Assembly: GCF_000143415.4 (NCBI RefSeq)
Contig: NW_003314405.1
Coordinates: forward strand, 20,282 to 84,281
DNA: 64,000 bases
Direction: 5' to 3'
From: Selaginella moellendorffii
Taxonomy: Eukaryota > Plantae > Lycopodiophyta
The notes below the pieces were generated by a model. It was given only the letters and a program-made list of their open reading frames with translations. It did no database searches and was not told where the DNA came from. Position numbers and translations under genes: made by a program. Within the stretch, counting starts at the first letter, position 1. Every line of letters starts with the position of its first letter. Below, one piece after another: positions 1 through 12,148 of this stretch.

Positions 1-3000
1 ACTCTCCAAATCTCACTCGTAAGAGGTTGTTTACTATATCACCAAAGTTGTTAGTAACCTTGTGTAAAATTGATACCTTCTCCTTAAATATCAACAATGG
101 ATTGTATTTCATTTTCATATCTAACATGGAAACATTTATGGATGCCTTGTGGTACTAAGTATTTACCAAATGACCACTTAATTTTAGATTCAATATTTGT
201 ATTCCAAAGAAAAAAAAGCAAGAGATGGAATACTTGGATTTTATGGTCCAAAAGTAATAAGAGTGAGAATAGCACCTTTGGACTAACTAGAATATCTAAA
301 CCAAATAACACTTGAGATTCATAAGTTGTCCTTGAAAGCCAAGATATCAACAAAAAGTAGTGATCACAAGAATAATAGAATAAGTGGTTGCATATGAAAT
401 GTTGGAGATGAGTTGAAACTACATTCTCGAAATAAATATTATAAATAGAGGATGTTATTATTGTAGATTTGCATGTTTTGCAAAGGTGATACATACTTGT
501 ATAACATTTCTCCAAAAAAACCATAAATAATATCTAAAGAGTTTTGAGAAAAAATTTATCTTTCATATTTGTAGTTTCCAAGTATCATGTATGTTGTATT
601 TACATTGTTTCCTATAAGAGCCACAATTTTCAAGATTGTGAATAAAAGTAGTAAGCCATTATTTTTTAGGAGAACAATTCCTTGGAAAGCAATATCTAAA
701 GCAAATTGTTGATAATTATCATTGCATCTACAAGCGATGAATATAGTTAAGTGTTTGGATTGCCATTGAATAATCTAAGCCACATTTTGGTTGTAATGAG
801 ATTGGATATTATATGGTTAAAGTTAACCTTGGTGATATTTCTAATTTGAAGTGTTGATTTCTCATGATTGTCAAGAAAAAGTTTTGAATTTATTAATTTA
901 AAATAATCTTGCTAAAACTTTAGAAGTTGGTCCCAAAATTAATATTGAAACCTGCAACAATTCTAATTATCAAATTTTTACCTATAATATGAAATCAACA
1001 ACTGCATCTTTGGCTAAGGGAGTAAAAACTATATATTTAATAAAAAGTAAAAGAATGATTTTTCTCGAGGAGAGAAATGAATAAATTTATTGCATCTCCA
1101 CCTATTTTGTATTATATTTGTGAGCAAACTTTGATTAGCACAAGTTAAGAAACTATTTACTTGGTTGTAAGAGCACATCACACTGCTCATTTGGCCATCT
1201 TAAATGTAACTTTGGAAAAGTAGGTTATAAGAGTTAATCAAGTTTTATTCACTCACCTATGAAAAACTTACGAGTGAAAGCATTTCACTCACTACATATT
1301 GAAAAGCAAAGAAAATAAACTGAAAGGAAGAGAGATAAGTTGAAATTATACCTTTGCATTGAAATAATTATAAACTCTTAAATTTGAAATTCCCGGAGAG
1401 ACACTTAACCCTAAATATCCCAAGACCTTTAACCAATTGAAAAAATGAATGCACTTGGAAAATAAGATATATTTTTATTCATAAGCACTTTCCTTCTATA
1501 TTTGAACCCTATTGATCATCTTTCAAGTTATTCTCTTTAATTGTTTATAGTAATATTAATGCATTTATGGATAAACTTGTGGTTTTGTAACTATAGACAA
1601 AATTCTAGAACATGAGACAAAACTTTACATCTCTAATCAAGTAAAAAAGTGTGGAGTTGAATGAAGCTACAGTGAGTATCAACAATGGAAAAATTGTAGT
1701 AGCTAAAGTAAAATTGCCAAACTCTAGTGAGTAAGAATTTTTCTCTTGTCTTTTTCATATGGCAGGGTGACACTATACAATTCAGATGAAGCATCCTTGG
1801 AAAGCCTAGGTAAACATAGTGAATTTCCACTTGCATTGCAAGAATGCTTTGATTATAAGCACATCTTGCTGTTTTTCTTCAGAACTAGTACTTGTGATCT
1901 TGCAAATTGCAATTAAAGTACTTCGATTTAGTCGGGTATAGTTGCCGCAAAACATCCTCCTCTGCTGCCGCAGTGCAAGTGGCCAAGCAGCACAAACATT
2001 CATTCCCAACAAACACTGATTAGTTTACTCGTTTTGAAACATTACCAGATAGATAGTGTGGTGCTGGATTCAGGGGAGGTGCTCGTAACAATCACGAAAG
2101 TTCCAGTTTGACTCCAAACATCTCCCGTGTGATCTTCCACTTGCAAGCGATATCTTGTTCTTCATGTATCAATCAAATGGAAGGGAAGTTGCTACCTCCA
2201 AAACTCGTTTGTTTCTTCTACAACAGTGTCGATACGATACGCGGAGTAAAAAAGGAAGCAATCCAAAAAGAGGATGTCCGTAAGATCACTACAGCTTAAC
2301 CTCACTCTCGCAACTTGGCTCGGTGGTCTCTTCATGGAGGAATCCATGGCAGAAAGAGAAGGATCGTCAAGTCCGAGCTTTTGCAAACGAGGGAGCGATC
2401 GAGCGAAACGACGGCTGCCGCACACTGTGGATTGATCGATAAGTCTCTAGCTGGAGACACGGAGAATCCACCGAGCATCTCGACAGGAACTTTCATGATC
2501 ATCATCACGCGCTTCAAGCATGGCCTAGCTTAACATCAACGACTTTGGGCTTGGCAAAGTTCTTTATGTCTCTCTCTCTCTCTCTCTCCTTGCTCGTGGA
2601 TTTTTTAACGAATTTCTTCGTCTTCCGTGTGCTGCCGGGCTTGAGGAAATCTGTCCGAGAAACTGGGCATGTATCTTGTTTCCAGTTTGGGTTGCTTCGG
2701 ACGACTTTCGTGCCGGTCGCCGGAGGAAAAAGAATTGTCATGGAAAAAACAATGGAACCTGTAAGCGCTCTGGACAACACGTTAGCTTGTCACATCCTTG
2801 GCAAAAAGCTTAGACTTTGCTGGATGATCCGCGGCCTTGATCTCAGGCTAATGCCGTGCTGATCGCATCAGCGAGAGGAATTTAAAGACTTTTCCAGTCG
2901 ACAAGAAGTGGTGGAGTGATCGGGCAGTGATCCATCGACTTCGAGCGAAACATGACATGGATCGAATCGTCCGAGTCCAAGTAGAAAAAGAAAAAGGACG

Positions 3001-3177
3001 AGATGGAGATGGAGGGATCAAAGAAGTGGAGCGCGGCAAAGTCAATCAAAGCCGGTGCCATTTCTCTCTCCTCTCAGATTTTTGCGCTCTCTCTCTCCTT
3101 CAAACTTTCTGTGTGTTTCTTTGGCTGGCAACAAAAACAAAGGCCACACATGGGGAGCTAAAGAGGGAACATGGACT

Positions 3178-3296
3178 CCCAGCGAACAATAAAAATAAGC
3201 ATTTTAGGGGGGGGGCCCAAAACCTCTTGTCACTGGTGGACCATGGGCCGATTCCGGAATATTCTCCGGCAGCGAATATTCTATTATTCGCTAGGG
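3178..3296. mobile_element. Candidate ~120 bp MITE-like element with imperfect terminal inverted repeats (second copy 22890-23013)
   Basis: Left end cccagcgaacaataaaaata versus reverse complement of right end ccctagcgaataatagaata. Internal palindromes. More divergent between the two segmental copies than its flanks. No clear target-site duplication. Confidence 0.35.
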
Positions 3297-4365
3297 TTAA
3301 GGCACCGGCATCTAAGCTATAGAGTCAAACCAATAATGGCACGATGTAAAAAAGAAGAACTACTAGCATTGTCATCCCCTTAGTTTTTGATTTCTAGGTT
3401 TTGCTACAGTGGCGTTCTCTCTTTTATTCTCTTTAACAAAGCCCAATGAATGGAGTTTCAAACGTCGTACCCCGCGTACTCTACGCGGGGTTGGTTGTCA
3501 CATAGAGGTGATCATGAGGAAGCACTACCAAGGATTGGAGGCGTATAATAAACTAGAGAGAGGCGTATGGTAGCGGTGGAGGCGTAGAGCGTACGGTGGC
3601 AGGTTCGAGTCCGGCGACGAGACCGCCGGTCCGTGGCTCGAGTCCGGCGCGGCGCGGCATCCGCTGGTCCGGGTTCGAGCCCGGCGTCCCCCAGTGGTCC
3701 ATTTTATGACCCAAACTGGATTCCGACAAACTTAAATTCGGGGAGCTGCTAAATCTGGCAACAAACCGGTTATAGCTAAATTTGAGGCAGATAGCAAGCC
3801 CGAAGGGCTGAAAAGGGCGTCCACGGTGGCTGGATTGTATATCCAGATGTAGCTGTGCCACGTGTCAAAAAGCCAGTGGACTTCCATGTCAGAAACCCGA
3901 CCTGGGGGAATTGTACGGCATTTGGATGGATAGCTATTAGCTAGTAGTTGGCTATGGCGAGGGGCGCTGCGCCTTTGCTCTTCTCTCTCTCGCCGAGCAA
4001 AGCGGGGATCTTGATGCGCTAGGGCATCGATTCTCGTTGATCGTGTTGGCAGCGCCTCGCAGCGGTGGCGGCATTGGGATTATGACGCTTGCCCGGGCAA
4101 TGTGTCGAATTTGAAGGCGCTGCGCCACTGTGTCACGGGCGCGATCGAGCGCGCGTCGACGGGGCATCGATGGAGCTAGGTAATCACACAAGGGGCTCGC
4201 GTTGAATCGAGCTTTTTCCTTCTTTCTCTCTGCTTCCCGTGATCTTCCTCGCTTTTCCCATTCGATCCTCGGCTTTCCATGGCGAATTGGAGGTAATCGC
4301 TCCGAAATATTCCCTCCTCTCGGAAGCGCTTGCTCGAAATATTTCCACTCCGATCGATCCGCAAG

Positions 4366-5373
4366 ATGGAGCTCCACGGCGGCGACCCGGACCTCTGCTA
4401 TGGCCTGGACGTGGATCTTGTGGGAGACAACGATGAGGCCTGGGCGAGGCGGTCGTCCAGGATCACGAGGATTTCAGCGACGACGACATGGACGTGGACG
4501 AGCTGGAGAAGAGGATTTGGAACGATCGGCTGCGGCTCAAGCGGATCAAGGACAAGCAAAAGGCCAGGGTCAACAACGCATTCTCCTCGAATCACTCGAA
4601 TCACAGCCATGGGCAGCAGCAGCAGCAGCAGCATCACGGCGGCCCAGCAGCGCAGCACCAGAATCTGGGCAATCTCCAGGAGCAAGCCCGGCGGAAGATG
4701 TTGCGAGCCCAGGACGGGATCCTCAAGTACACGCTCAAGATGATGGAGGTCTGCAAAGCCCAAGGATTCGTCTATGGCATCATCCCCGAGAAGGGCAAGC
4801 CAGTGAGCGGCGCCAGCAACAACAACCGCGTGATGGAAGGAGAAGGTCCGCTTCGATCGGAACGGCCCCGCCGCCATGGCCAAGTACGAGGGCATCTGCT
4901 CCAGATCCGGCGGCGGCGCTGGCCAGCTCTCCGCCGCCGCCCCGACGCCACACACTTTCCAGGAGCTCCAGGACACCACGCAATGCAGCACTGCGATCCA
5001 CCCCAGCGGAGGTACCCGCTGGAGAAAGGGGTGGCGCCGCCGTGGTGGCCGAGCGGCGACGAGGAGTGGTGGCCCGAGCTTGGGCTTCCAAAGGGGCAGG
5101 GGCCGCCGCCGTATAAGAAGCCCCATGATCTCAAGAAGGTGTGGAAGGTTGGAGTTGTCACTGCGGTGATCCGACACATGTCCCCGGATATCGGGAAGAT
5201 CAGGAAGCTCGTGAGGCAGTCCAAGTGCTTGCAAGACAAGATGACTGCCAAGGAGAGCGGGACGTGGATCTCGGTGCTCAACCAGGAGGGCAGTGCTCGG
5301 GGAATTTGATCGGGCAGCAGCAGCAGCAGCAGAGCCACCACCACCACCACCATAGCCAGGTGATTGTGATGAG
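4366..5373 (+). pseudogene. EIN3: Truncated, frameshifted EIN3/EIL pseudogene
   Basis: Same start ([17 protein letters not shown]) as the 24126 gene, but with a 1-bp loss near 4435 (gatgaggcc vs gatggaggcc) and several deletions ([16 protein letters not shown] and EALAR segments). Ends abruptly after HHHSQVIVM. Confidence 0.95.
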
Positions 5374-5420
5374 GATAACCCTTGAGACATTAGTATGAGG
5401 CTGCCTTGGATTGCTCTTCC

Positions 5421-6490
5421 AGGAAGAGGTCGGAGAGCAAGCACAGCGACCTCACAAAGTCAGCTTCAAGCTGAAGAAGGCGGAGGCTGTTGAAGAGATT
5501 GATCGAGTGTGAGGCAAGTTTTTAGAGGATCGTTCGAAGCTTTTGTGATCTAATCCTTGAGCAGCTGACAAGGGACAGCTCATGAGGGAAGGCAGAGCTC
5601 CTCAGAAAGTTCTTGTGTGTGGTGATTCCGGCAACGATTCTGAGCTCTTTGCCGTCAAAGACGTTTCTGGAGTGATCTTAAGTTCTTGAAGTCGATTGAT
5701 CACTCACTCACTCACTGACGATCTCAGGTCGGGAATGCGTTTGAAGATCTTACGCAGTGGTACCTTGATAATGCCAAAGACAATCCCAAGATCTTTCGTG
5801 GCACTGAAAGATGCGCTTCGGGAATCTCACAAGCTATCCGAGAGTTCAAGTTTGATCCTTGTGTTTCGCCCAGGGATGCCGACTTACTGAGCCAGCTCAC
5901 TGCTGGGGACACCGAAGGGTTGATCGGACGTGGAGTGGTGCTACTGTGTGAGATGGTTACGAGGCGAGGTTGAAAGCTCCCACGAGGTGTTTGAACACTT
6001 GAAAAGGCCAATGGTAAGTTCCTCGTGTTTAGTAGTTTTTGATGGTTGAGCAACGAAATGGCTGGCAGGCCCCTGACTCAACGCTGGGACTAGAAGACGA
6101 TCTTCGTAGAAGCGTTGAGATTCTACGTCCCCTCCACGGTATTTACAGGGGAAAGAACTTCTGTATGTGGGTTGATCGAATTCGTGCGACGAAGGTTGGG
6201 GACGTTACTTGGGTTGTCAAGTTTGATAAGTGGCAGCGAACGGGTACGTTAAGTTCTTCTTTCTGAGTCATATGCATTATTTTATTGCTGGTGCATTCCA
6301 GACGAAGAGCTGAATTATCGCTTGACAACCGCCGTGTGTTTCAATATGAGGTGGCGTTCTTATCGCTTTGTCTTGGTGGAGTTATTCAGCTTTGCTTCTC
6401 TTACAGGATGGCATGCCTTATGCGAGTGCATTACGAATCCACGAAACGTGGCTTGATGGTTATGCGGGAAGACCTTTGCTCCTAATGTAG
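5421..6490 (+). pseudogene. SPP: Sucrose-phosphate phosphatase (SPP) 3' fragment, degenerate, multi-exon
   Basis: Translated pieces EQAQRPHKVSFKLKK, VLVCGDSGNDSELFAV (HAD motif), VGNAFEDLTQWYLDNAKDNPKIFRGTERCASGI, WVDRIRATKVGDVTWVVKFDKW and RIHETWLDG are characteristic of plant SPP. Has an in-frame stop, deletions and no N-terminus. Confidence 0.85.
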
Positions 6491-9331
6491 GAGGCACAGC
6501 CAACGATAGGCGAAAAAATAAGCAGGGACGAGTCATCGTCCAGGTAAGCGTGTTAAAGTTCTCAGCTCTGGAATCTAATTTAGTGGATGCTGCTGTGTGT
6601 GCAGTGGCATACAAATTCCAGGTTTACTGAGATTGATATATGGTGAAGGAAAACGAGGGTATGTTTACACATTTATACTCATCCATTCATGGTGGTTGCT
6701 GTAGAACAGGGTGACATCAGGATCAAAAGCGAGAATCAAGCACACTCAGGTCGGAACGACAGGGATCAAACTCATCAGTAGCAACGGAGAGGTTTGTATT
6801 CTGGATTTAAATCGCGTGTCTCAGCAAGCTTTCGATGAACAGCAAATGGAAGGAGAAAAAACCCGGCGGGTTGGGGTCCACGTCGTCAATAAAACGATGC
6901 GGATCAATGTTAAAAACCCACAGACTGGTACGTGAAATGCTTTACAGCCAGAAGTTTTGGCTTTCTTACCGAAGAATTGTGCAGAATCTGGCAAGGAAAA
7001 GGAAAAGTATAATCGGGCCACTAAGAAGGTGGAGCATTGCGAATGGAAGATAAGCTAAAATGCATTTATTTTCGTTCTCTTTCTTTCTGCGTGGTATGGC
7101 GGACTTCTCTCAGCATATCCCGAGCTGCATATCCAGTGATTCAAAGCAAAGTTCTCACCCTTATACCCCCCTTTGATGATAGTCGGGCAATTATCACACC
7201 ACTATTCTTCCATGTCTTGTGTGTCTCTAGTCGGCCAACCAGAGTATAAAATGCGACCACCACCTTCATTGCAAACTCCCCCCGCTCCCTCTTCCTCTCG
7301 CAGAAGGAGAGAAGGCTCCAAGTTTTTGAGTGAGCAAAGGGCTCTCACCTCGAGAACTCGACAAGCTCTCTCGATTCCAAGCTTGGCTCCTTCGGTTATT
7401 CTTCTCCTCTTCGTCCCCTTTCAAGAGTAAGTTTTTTCTTTGCTTTCGTAGTTCTGAGCTTGCGATTCTTTCAGTTTGGTTGCGCCAGCAATCGGGACTC
7501 TGACGAAACAAAACGCTCCATAAGCGTGATTTCCAGAAAGAGTACGTGCCTCGCTTCCTTCCATGCTTTAGATGCTCAAATGATTCTTTCATTCCCTTTC
7601 GCTCGCATAAATTACTCGTGTTGACAAGAAAAGAGTTGAAGTGTGTGAGAGTGTGTGTAACTGTGTAACTTACGGCAGCTTCTTTTCATGTAGATTCCCC
7701 TGCATTCCCTGTCCTTTTGCTTCCATTTTTAGTTCCATAGGCCAATGGATCGCTTGCTTCTTCTCTCCTCTTGCACTCTGCTGCGTCAGTTTCACTCGGG
7801 AAAACGTGTTCTTATGTAATTGTTCGCTGGCCTCGGTGAGAAACGAAGGCTTTCCCCCTTTTTTCCAGAGATGATCTTAAGGCGCTGTTTTCTTGTGAGA
7901 ATTGGTGGTGCTCCTCCCCAGCACAATGCATTTGATGATTCCACGCCACCATTTGTCTCGTCATATGCTCACTGCCACTGTTCTTCCTCTGCTTCCAGAG
8001 CACAGGCGCCAGAAAAGTTTGAAGAGGCATTCTGAACTTGACACCATTTCCTCCAGGTATTTCATCTCTTGCTTGATCGTTTTCTTGACGATGTTCGCCT
8101 CAGGTAATCCAAGCTTTCAGACATGGTGAAGTTCCAGAAGCAGCTGGAGGGCCAGCTCGTCCCAGAGTGGCGGGTGAAGTACTGCGACTACAAGCAGCTC
8201 AAGAAAGTTGTCAAGAGAATCAAAACCCAGATCCTACATACCAAGAACCAGCAGCACAAGGTGTTCGATCCAAATGTCTTCTCGGTTGACAAGAGCAAGC
8301 TTGAAAACTTGCTGCAAAATCCCAGCGCCATCCTGAGCAGCTGCTGCGAACAATCCATATCCTCGGAAACGTCCATGGTCTGTGATGATGGTCTAAAACA
8401 CTTCAATATGATCAGGTTGTGCACAAGACGAGAATTGGAGATGGCGAGGATTTTTACGAGACAGAGCTGTTTGGAACTCGATCGGATCACGAAAAGAGCT
8501 TCTTTTTCGGCCTTGACGATCAGCTCAACAAAGTGGACAAGTTTTTTAGATGCAAGGAAGACGAGTACGATGCTCAAGCACGGCAACTTCACATCCAAAT
8601 GGAAGAGCTCATCCCTATGCAAGGTTCGTTCTAGCAGCCTCTAATTCTGTGGCACTTAACTTGGAATCGTTTGATCTCTGCCATGTTGTAGATGACGAAT
8701 CTCAGAGCTTGAAGGGGAGCCCGGCAACAAAGGAAAGGTTCAGCGAGCAGCCAAGATGCTCCAGACGGCCTTTGTCGAATTTTATCGTGGGCTTCGACTC
8801 CTAAGAAACTTCAGGTGAATGACCTCTATACGATTGATCCATGTTCTCAAAGTGTTGAAAACTTACTTGGCAGCTCCTTGAACATGATGGCATTCGTCAG
8901 GATCCGCAAGAAATATGACAAGGTACTTATGGAAAATGGAAAATTACTGCAGACTTCTAAAAAGGTTTTTTAAATTTTCAGGTGACTGGAGTCTGGCAGT
9001 TATCTCAAGATGGTCGAAAACTCGCATTTTGCAACGTCGGACAAGGTGTGAAGAAATTTTCCTTTGAGGGTCTTGCTGATGGAATTTCATTGCTCCAATG
9101 CACTCCAGGTAGTAAAGTTTATGGACCGCGTAGAGAGAGTGTTCACTCTGCACTTTACGAAAGGCAACTGAAAGCAAGCCATGGATATCTCAGGCCCATA
9201 CACTCTGCGAGCAATCATGGAAATATAAACTTTATCAGGCCCATACACTCTGCGAGCAATCAAACTTTATCCTGGGTAAGAGCAGGATATCCATTTCATG
9301 CATTCGGATCGTGGTTATTAATTAACCTTCT
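6413..9331 (+). repeat. Inverted duplicate of 60887-64000 (SPP last exon, intergenic region, PHO1 5' half)
   Basis: Reverse complement of 63961-64000 matches 6413 onward. ORFs 8123..8644(+) and 61548..62087(-), and 6711(+) and 63160..63507(-), are near-identical. Homology ends in the PHO1 intron at attaaccttct. Confidence 0.96.
8123..9275 (+). pseudogene. PHO1: PHO1 pseudogene (SPX-domain exons only)
   Basis: [28 protein letters not shown] start. Lesions: 1-bp deletion near 8720 (gagcccggc vs gagccccgg), premature stop aactga near 9168 (cga in intact copy), and a tandem duplication of tcaggcccatacactctgcgagcaatca. The EXS half is missing. Confidence 0.93.
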
Positions 9332-9483
9332 ATCACCATTGATGATGCGACGCAGAGATTGTATACTAGTGGTTTCATGGCAATGGCATTGCCTCTAGAA
9401 AAGGAAAGCAGTCACCATACCTTTGGGAATAACTGTAATCTATTCATTTAATTTTCAGCTAGAACTTTCAGAGATCACGGACC

Positions 9484-12052
9484 TTATCGTTTCTTCTTGC
9501 TGCGCTCTTTGGAAGGTTTGGTAGCCTCCTCTTCGGCGTTGTGGTCGGCTTCAAGTCTCACGAGCTGCAAATCAAACAATGCTGTTGTGAGGATTCCTTC
9601 TTGAGACACCACTTTACCTTGTCAAGGATGGGTTTAAGTTGTCTGTAGCGTGTCTTTGCCAAGTCAAATCCATCCTTCCTGAGCTCCTGATAGATGCAAA
9701 GAGCATGAAGAACGAGCGAAAGAAAACCTGCGTTGTCACCTTTCCAGTGTGTTGGGTGTGATCGTAAGGTGCCATTTGCCAATACATGATCGTCCAAGAG
9801 AAAAAATCTCTCAGCGTTTCTCCAGGCTGAAAGACAAATCAATAACAAAACAGGAAGATGAACTACTATCAGCACTCACTAAAAGTGTTTGTTGGGAATC
9901 AGCCAGGCCCAGCTCGGATCGATCTTTAATTTCCGTGCTTTCTGTGTCAGCTTTTTGCCTTCGCCCCTAAGAATAGCAGCTGCCTCTTCACAGTGACTCC
10001 ACTGCATCCTAGAATACAAAAGGAAACCGACAAGTTTTCTTACATCCTTCTTTTTTACTACCTCGTCATCGTCCTCTTCGTCTTTTCCTTTATTAATCGA
10101 TCCAGCATCACTGTTGTCACCATCAGTTTCGCCTTTCTCCTTACTAGCTTCAATCCACGCGCTTTGTGTTTCCTGCTTGAGACATTAGTATGAGGCTGGG
10201 TGATGGCTCGATCATACTAACCTCAATAATGCACTTCCACACATCGAAGGTCCAGCGAGGAAAGGTCGTCGTATCACTTTTTTTTTGCCGACTTCTTTCA
10301 TACCTCCATACAGAAACAAAGTATCCTTTCCAACGACCATTCCAGCATTCATTCTTCCACCAGGCAACAACCTTCAAGCAGAACGCTCAACGTTGAGACG
10401 CATTTTCCACATTTGGATCAGCCACTTTCTTCTGCTTTGGATGCACACTTAACCACTACACAATCTCAGATTGCCATACCTTAATCTTTAGGCTCTTTGG
10501 CTTGAGAAGCTCCAAAGGATACCTGCGAGCGATGGTGTTTAGATAATTTTAAAAAAATCGACGAGATACAAACCATCTGGAAAGCATATACATCTCGATC
10601 ATAAAAACGCTGTGCAGGGAATCACCTGCAAAAGACATTAGTTTTTCCAACGCATGCATTGAAACCGTACTCGTCAGCATCAACTACACCACCAAACAAG
10701 ATGTGGACAATAATCCTGCTCTTGGCCAGGAGCCAAACCGGATTTTTTCACCTTCACAAAACACATTGAAAAACTAAAACTCCAAACGAGAATGTAAAAC
10801 AAGCAAACCTTGTCCCACTCCCAATCCGTGGATCTAACGTCCACATATCTGCGAGCACTACACCTTTGTCGGATTGATCTTTGTCAGGGGCAGGCTCTTT
10901 GAAATAGCCACCGTACAAGAAAATCTAGAAAAGAAAAAATGTTCACAACACGCAAAACTATACTTTTAGTAGACAAATACCTCATCTAAATAAACAGCAA
11001 GCTGAGAACCAGCTCCAGCTGAAGGCCAGGCAGCTCCAAGCTTGGGTTTTATCTCTTGCCACTGCAAAAGGAAATCAGTTTAGTTGTTAAAAAACAAGGA
11101 AGAACGATGAGCGACAGAAACAAACCTTATAATCGTCTAAATCCAGCACTTAAAGATTATTGAAGTACCTGTGTCAAAAATTCAATACTAAACATCTACA
11201 CTGCTGAAACAGCCGACCTTTCTTCCCTCAGCGTGTCATAAAATCCACCAAATAGAATAAGTTTATGTTTCTGTGGCAAGAAAGAAAAAAATAAAGATTA
11301 TGTTTAGAAGTGCAATACATACCAATCTATGTCCGGAACGAGCACCTGGACAGCCTTTTAGTTTGAAGCTGCTCCAGCCACACATATTTGTGTTTAAATC
11401 CAGTCTCCATAAATCCTGCAAGAACTCTCTTGTAAGTCAGCTAGAAACACAGCTTATAGTGATGAAACCGAATTCACCACCTACACTGCCAAAATCAAGA
11501 GAAGTCCTGGATACCAAAACTGAAGAGCCAGTTTTCCACGCAACCCCCTGGTGAGCGCTTCTCGGGGGAGGAGAGTTTGGACTGGTGACAGGCTTCCACT
11601 CGTTCTTCTCGATGTTGTATCGGTAGACATCACCATAAACGTAAAGTCTAGCATAGCAAACACGAAGATCAAATCACCGTAGCGAAACTAACCACAAACC
11701 TTGTCACCGTTGTTAGTATTCACCTCCATAGACGATCAGCTCAGTGTCCTTGACTGGATTTACAGTCACCTGAAACGCAAGAAAAGAAGTCTAGAGAATG
11801 TGAGCTTCCAGAGTGGAGATTTCAATCGAATTCTTACGCACAGAGCAATTGCATTGTGGTGAAGGAGCTGCTACATTCTCATCGACATGAATTTCTGCTT
11901 CCTCCTCGTGGAGTTTCGCCTGACAAAAAGGAAAACAATTGAGAGGCCAGAGATTGCTTACCAAGATCGCATCGATATCATCCTCGTCTAACACCTTGTC
12001 GTGGCGACGAACTCGCTCGGTCTTCTCTTTTCCCTTTCCCCTTCTTCCCCAT
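9484..12052 (-). pseudogene. KLHDC4: Kelch-repeat / DUF4110 (KLHDC4-like) pseudogene, full span, multi-exon
   Basis: Exons give MGKKGKG(K)EKTER, EDDIDAIL, VDENVAAPSP, ELIVYGGEY, SPNSPPPRSAHQGVAWK, LFGGFYDTLRE, GKDTLFLYGGM, PGETLRDFF..YWQMAPYDHTQHTGK, ELRKDGFDLAKTRYRQLKPILD and end KKKR*. Frameshifts (extra A in exon 1, tactaacaac near 11715), stops and deletions. Confidence 0.9.
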
Positions 12053-12064
12053 TTTATCTGTTCT

Positions 12065-12072
12065 AAACCCTA
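12065..12072 (+). promoter_or_regulatory. Telo-box (AAACCCTA) in the 96-bp divergent gap between the KLHDC4 pseudogene and the Roco gene
   Basis: Exact aaacccta motif between the two start codons. Confidence 0.45.
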
Positions 12073-12148
12073 AACTAACTCGTGCTTACTTTCTTATCCA
12101 CAGCTGGGAGAAGTTTACTCATGATCACTCGATCTAGGGCAAACTTCC

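Larger units (their letters stand above)
1..5373 (+). repeat. Direct segmental duplicate of 19662-25207 (AT-rich relic + EIN3 upstream region + 5' part of EIN3); probably extends left of the window
   Basis: Co-linear near-identical sequence: position 1 actctccaaatctcactcgtaagaggttg matches 19662 actctaaaaatctcacttgcaagaggttg. Matching ORFs 84..524 and 19745..20185, and 2108..2299 and 21815..22006. Homology stops at ...caggtgattgtgatgag (5373 = 25207). Confidence 0.97.

Noticed and set aside
84-524. 146-aa ORF conserved in both duplicate copies (19745-20185)
   Set aside because: Conservation reflects recent duplication. Composition is that of AT-rich non-coding antisense sequence.
3469-3506. 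Hairpin as a Helitron 3' end
   Set aside because: It is followed by catag/cgtag rather than a clean CTRR, and no matching 5' TC boundary was identified. Kept only as a structural note.
4488-5309. 273-aa EIN3-like ORF as a functional short EIN3
   Set aside because: It drifts out of frame through the DNA-binding region, lacks conserved segments, and has a frameshift upstream. Treated as a pseudogene, though a truncated product cannot be excluded.
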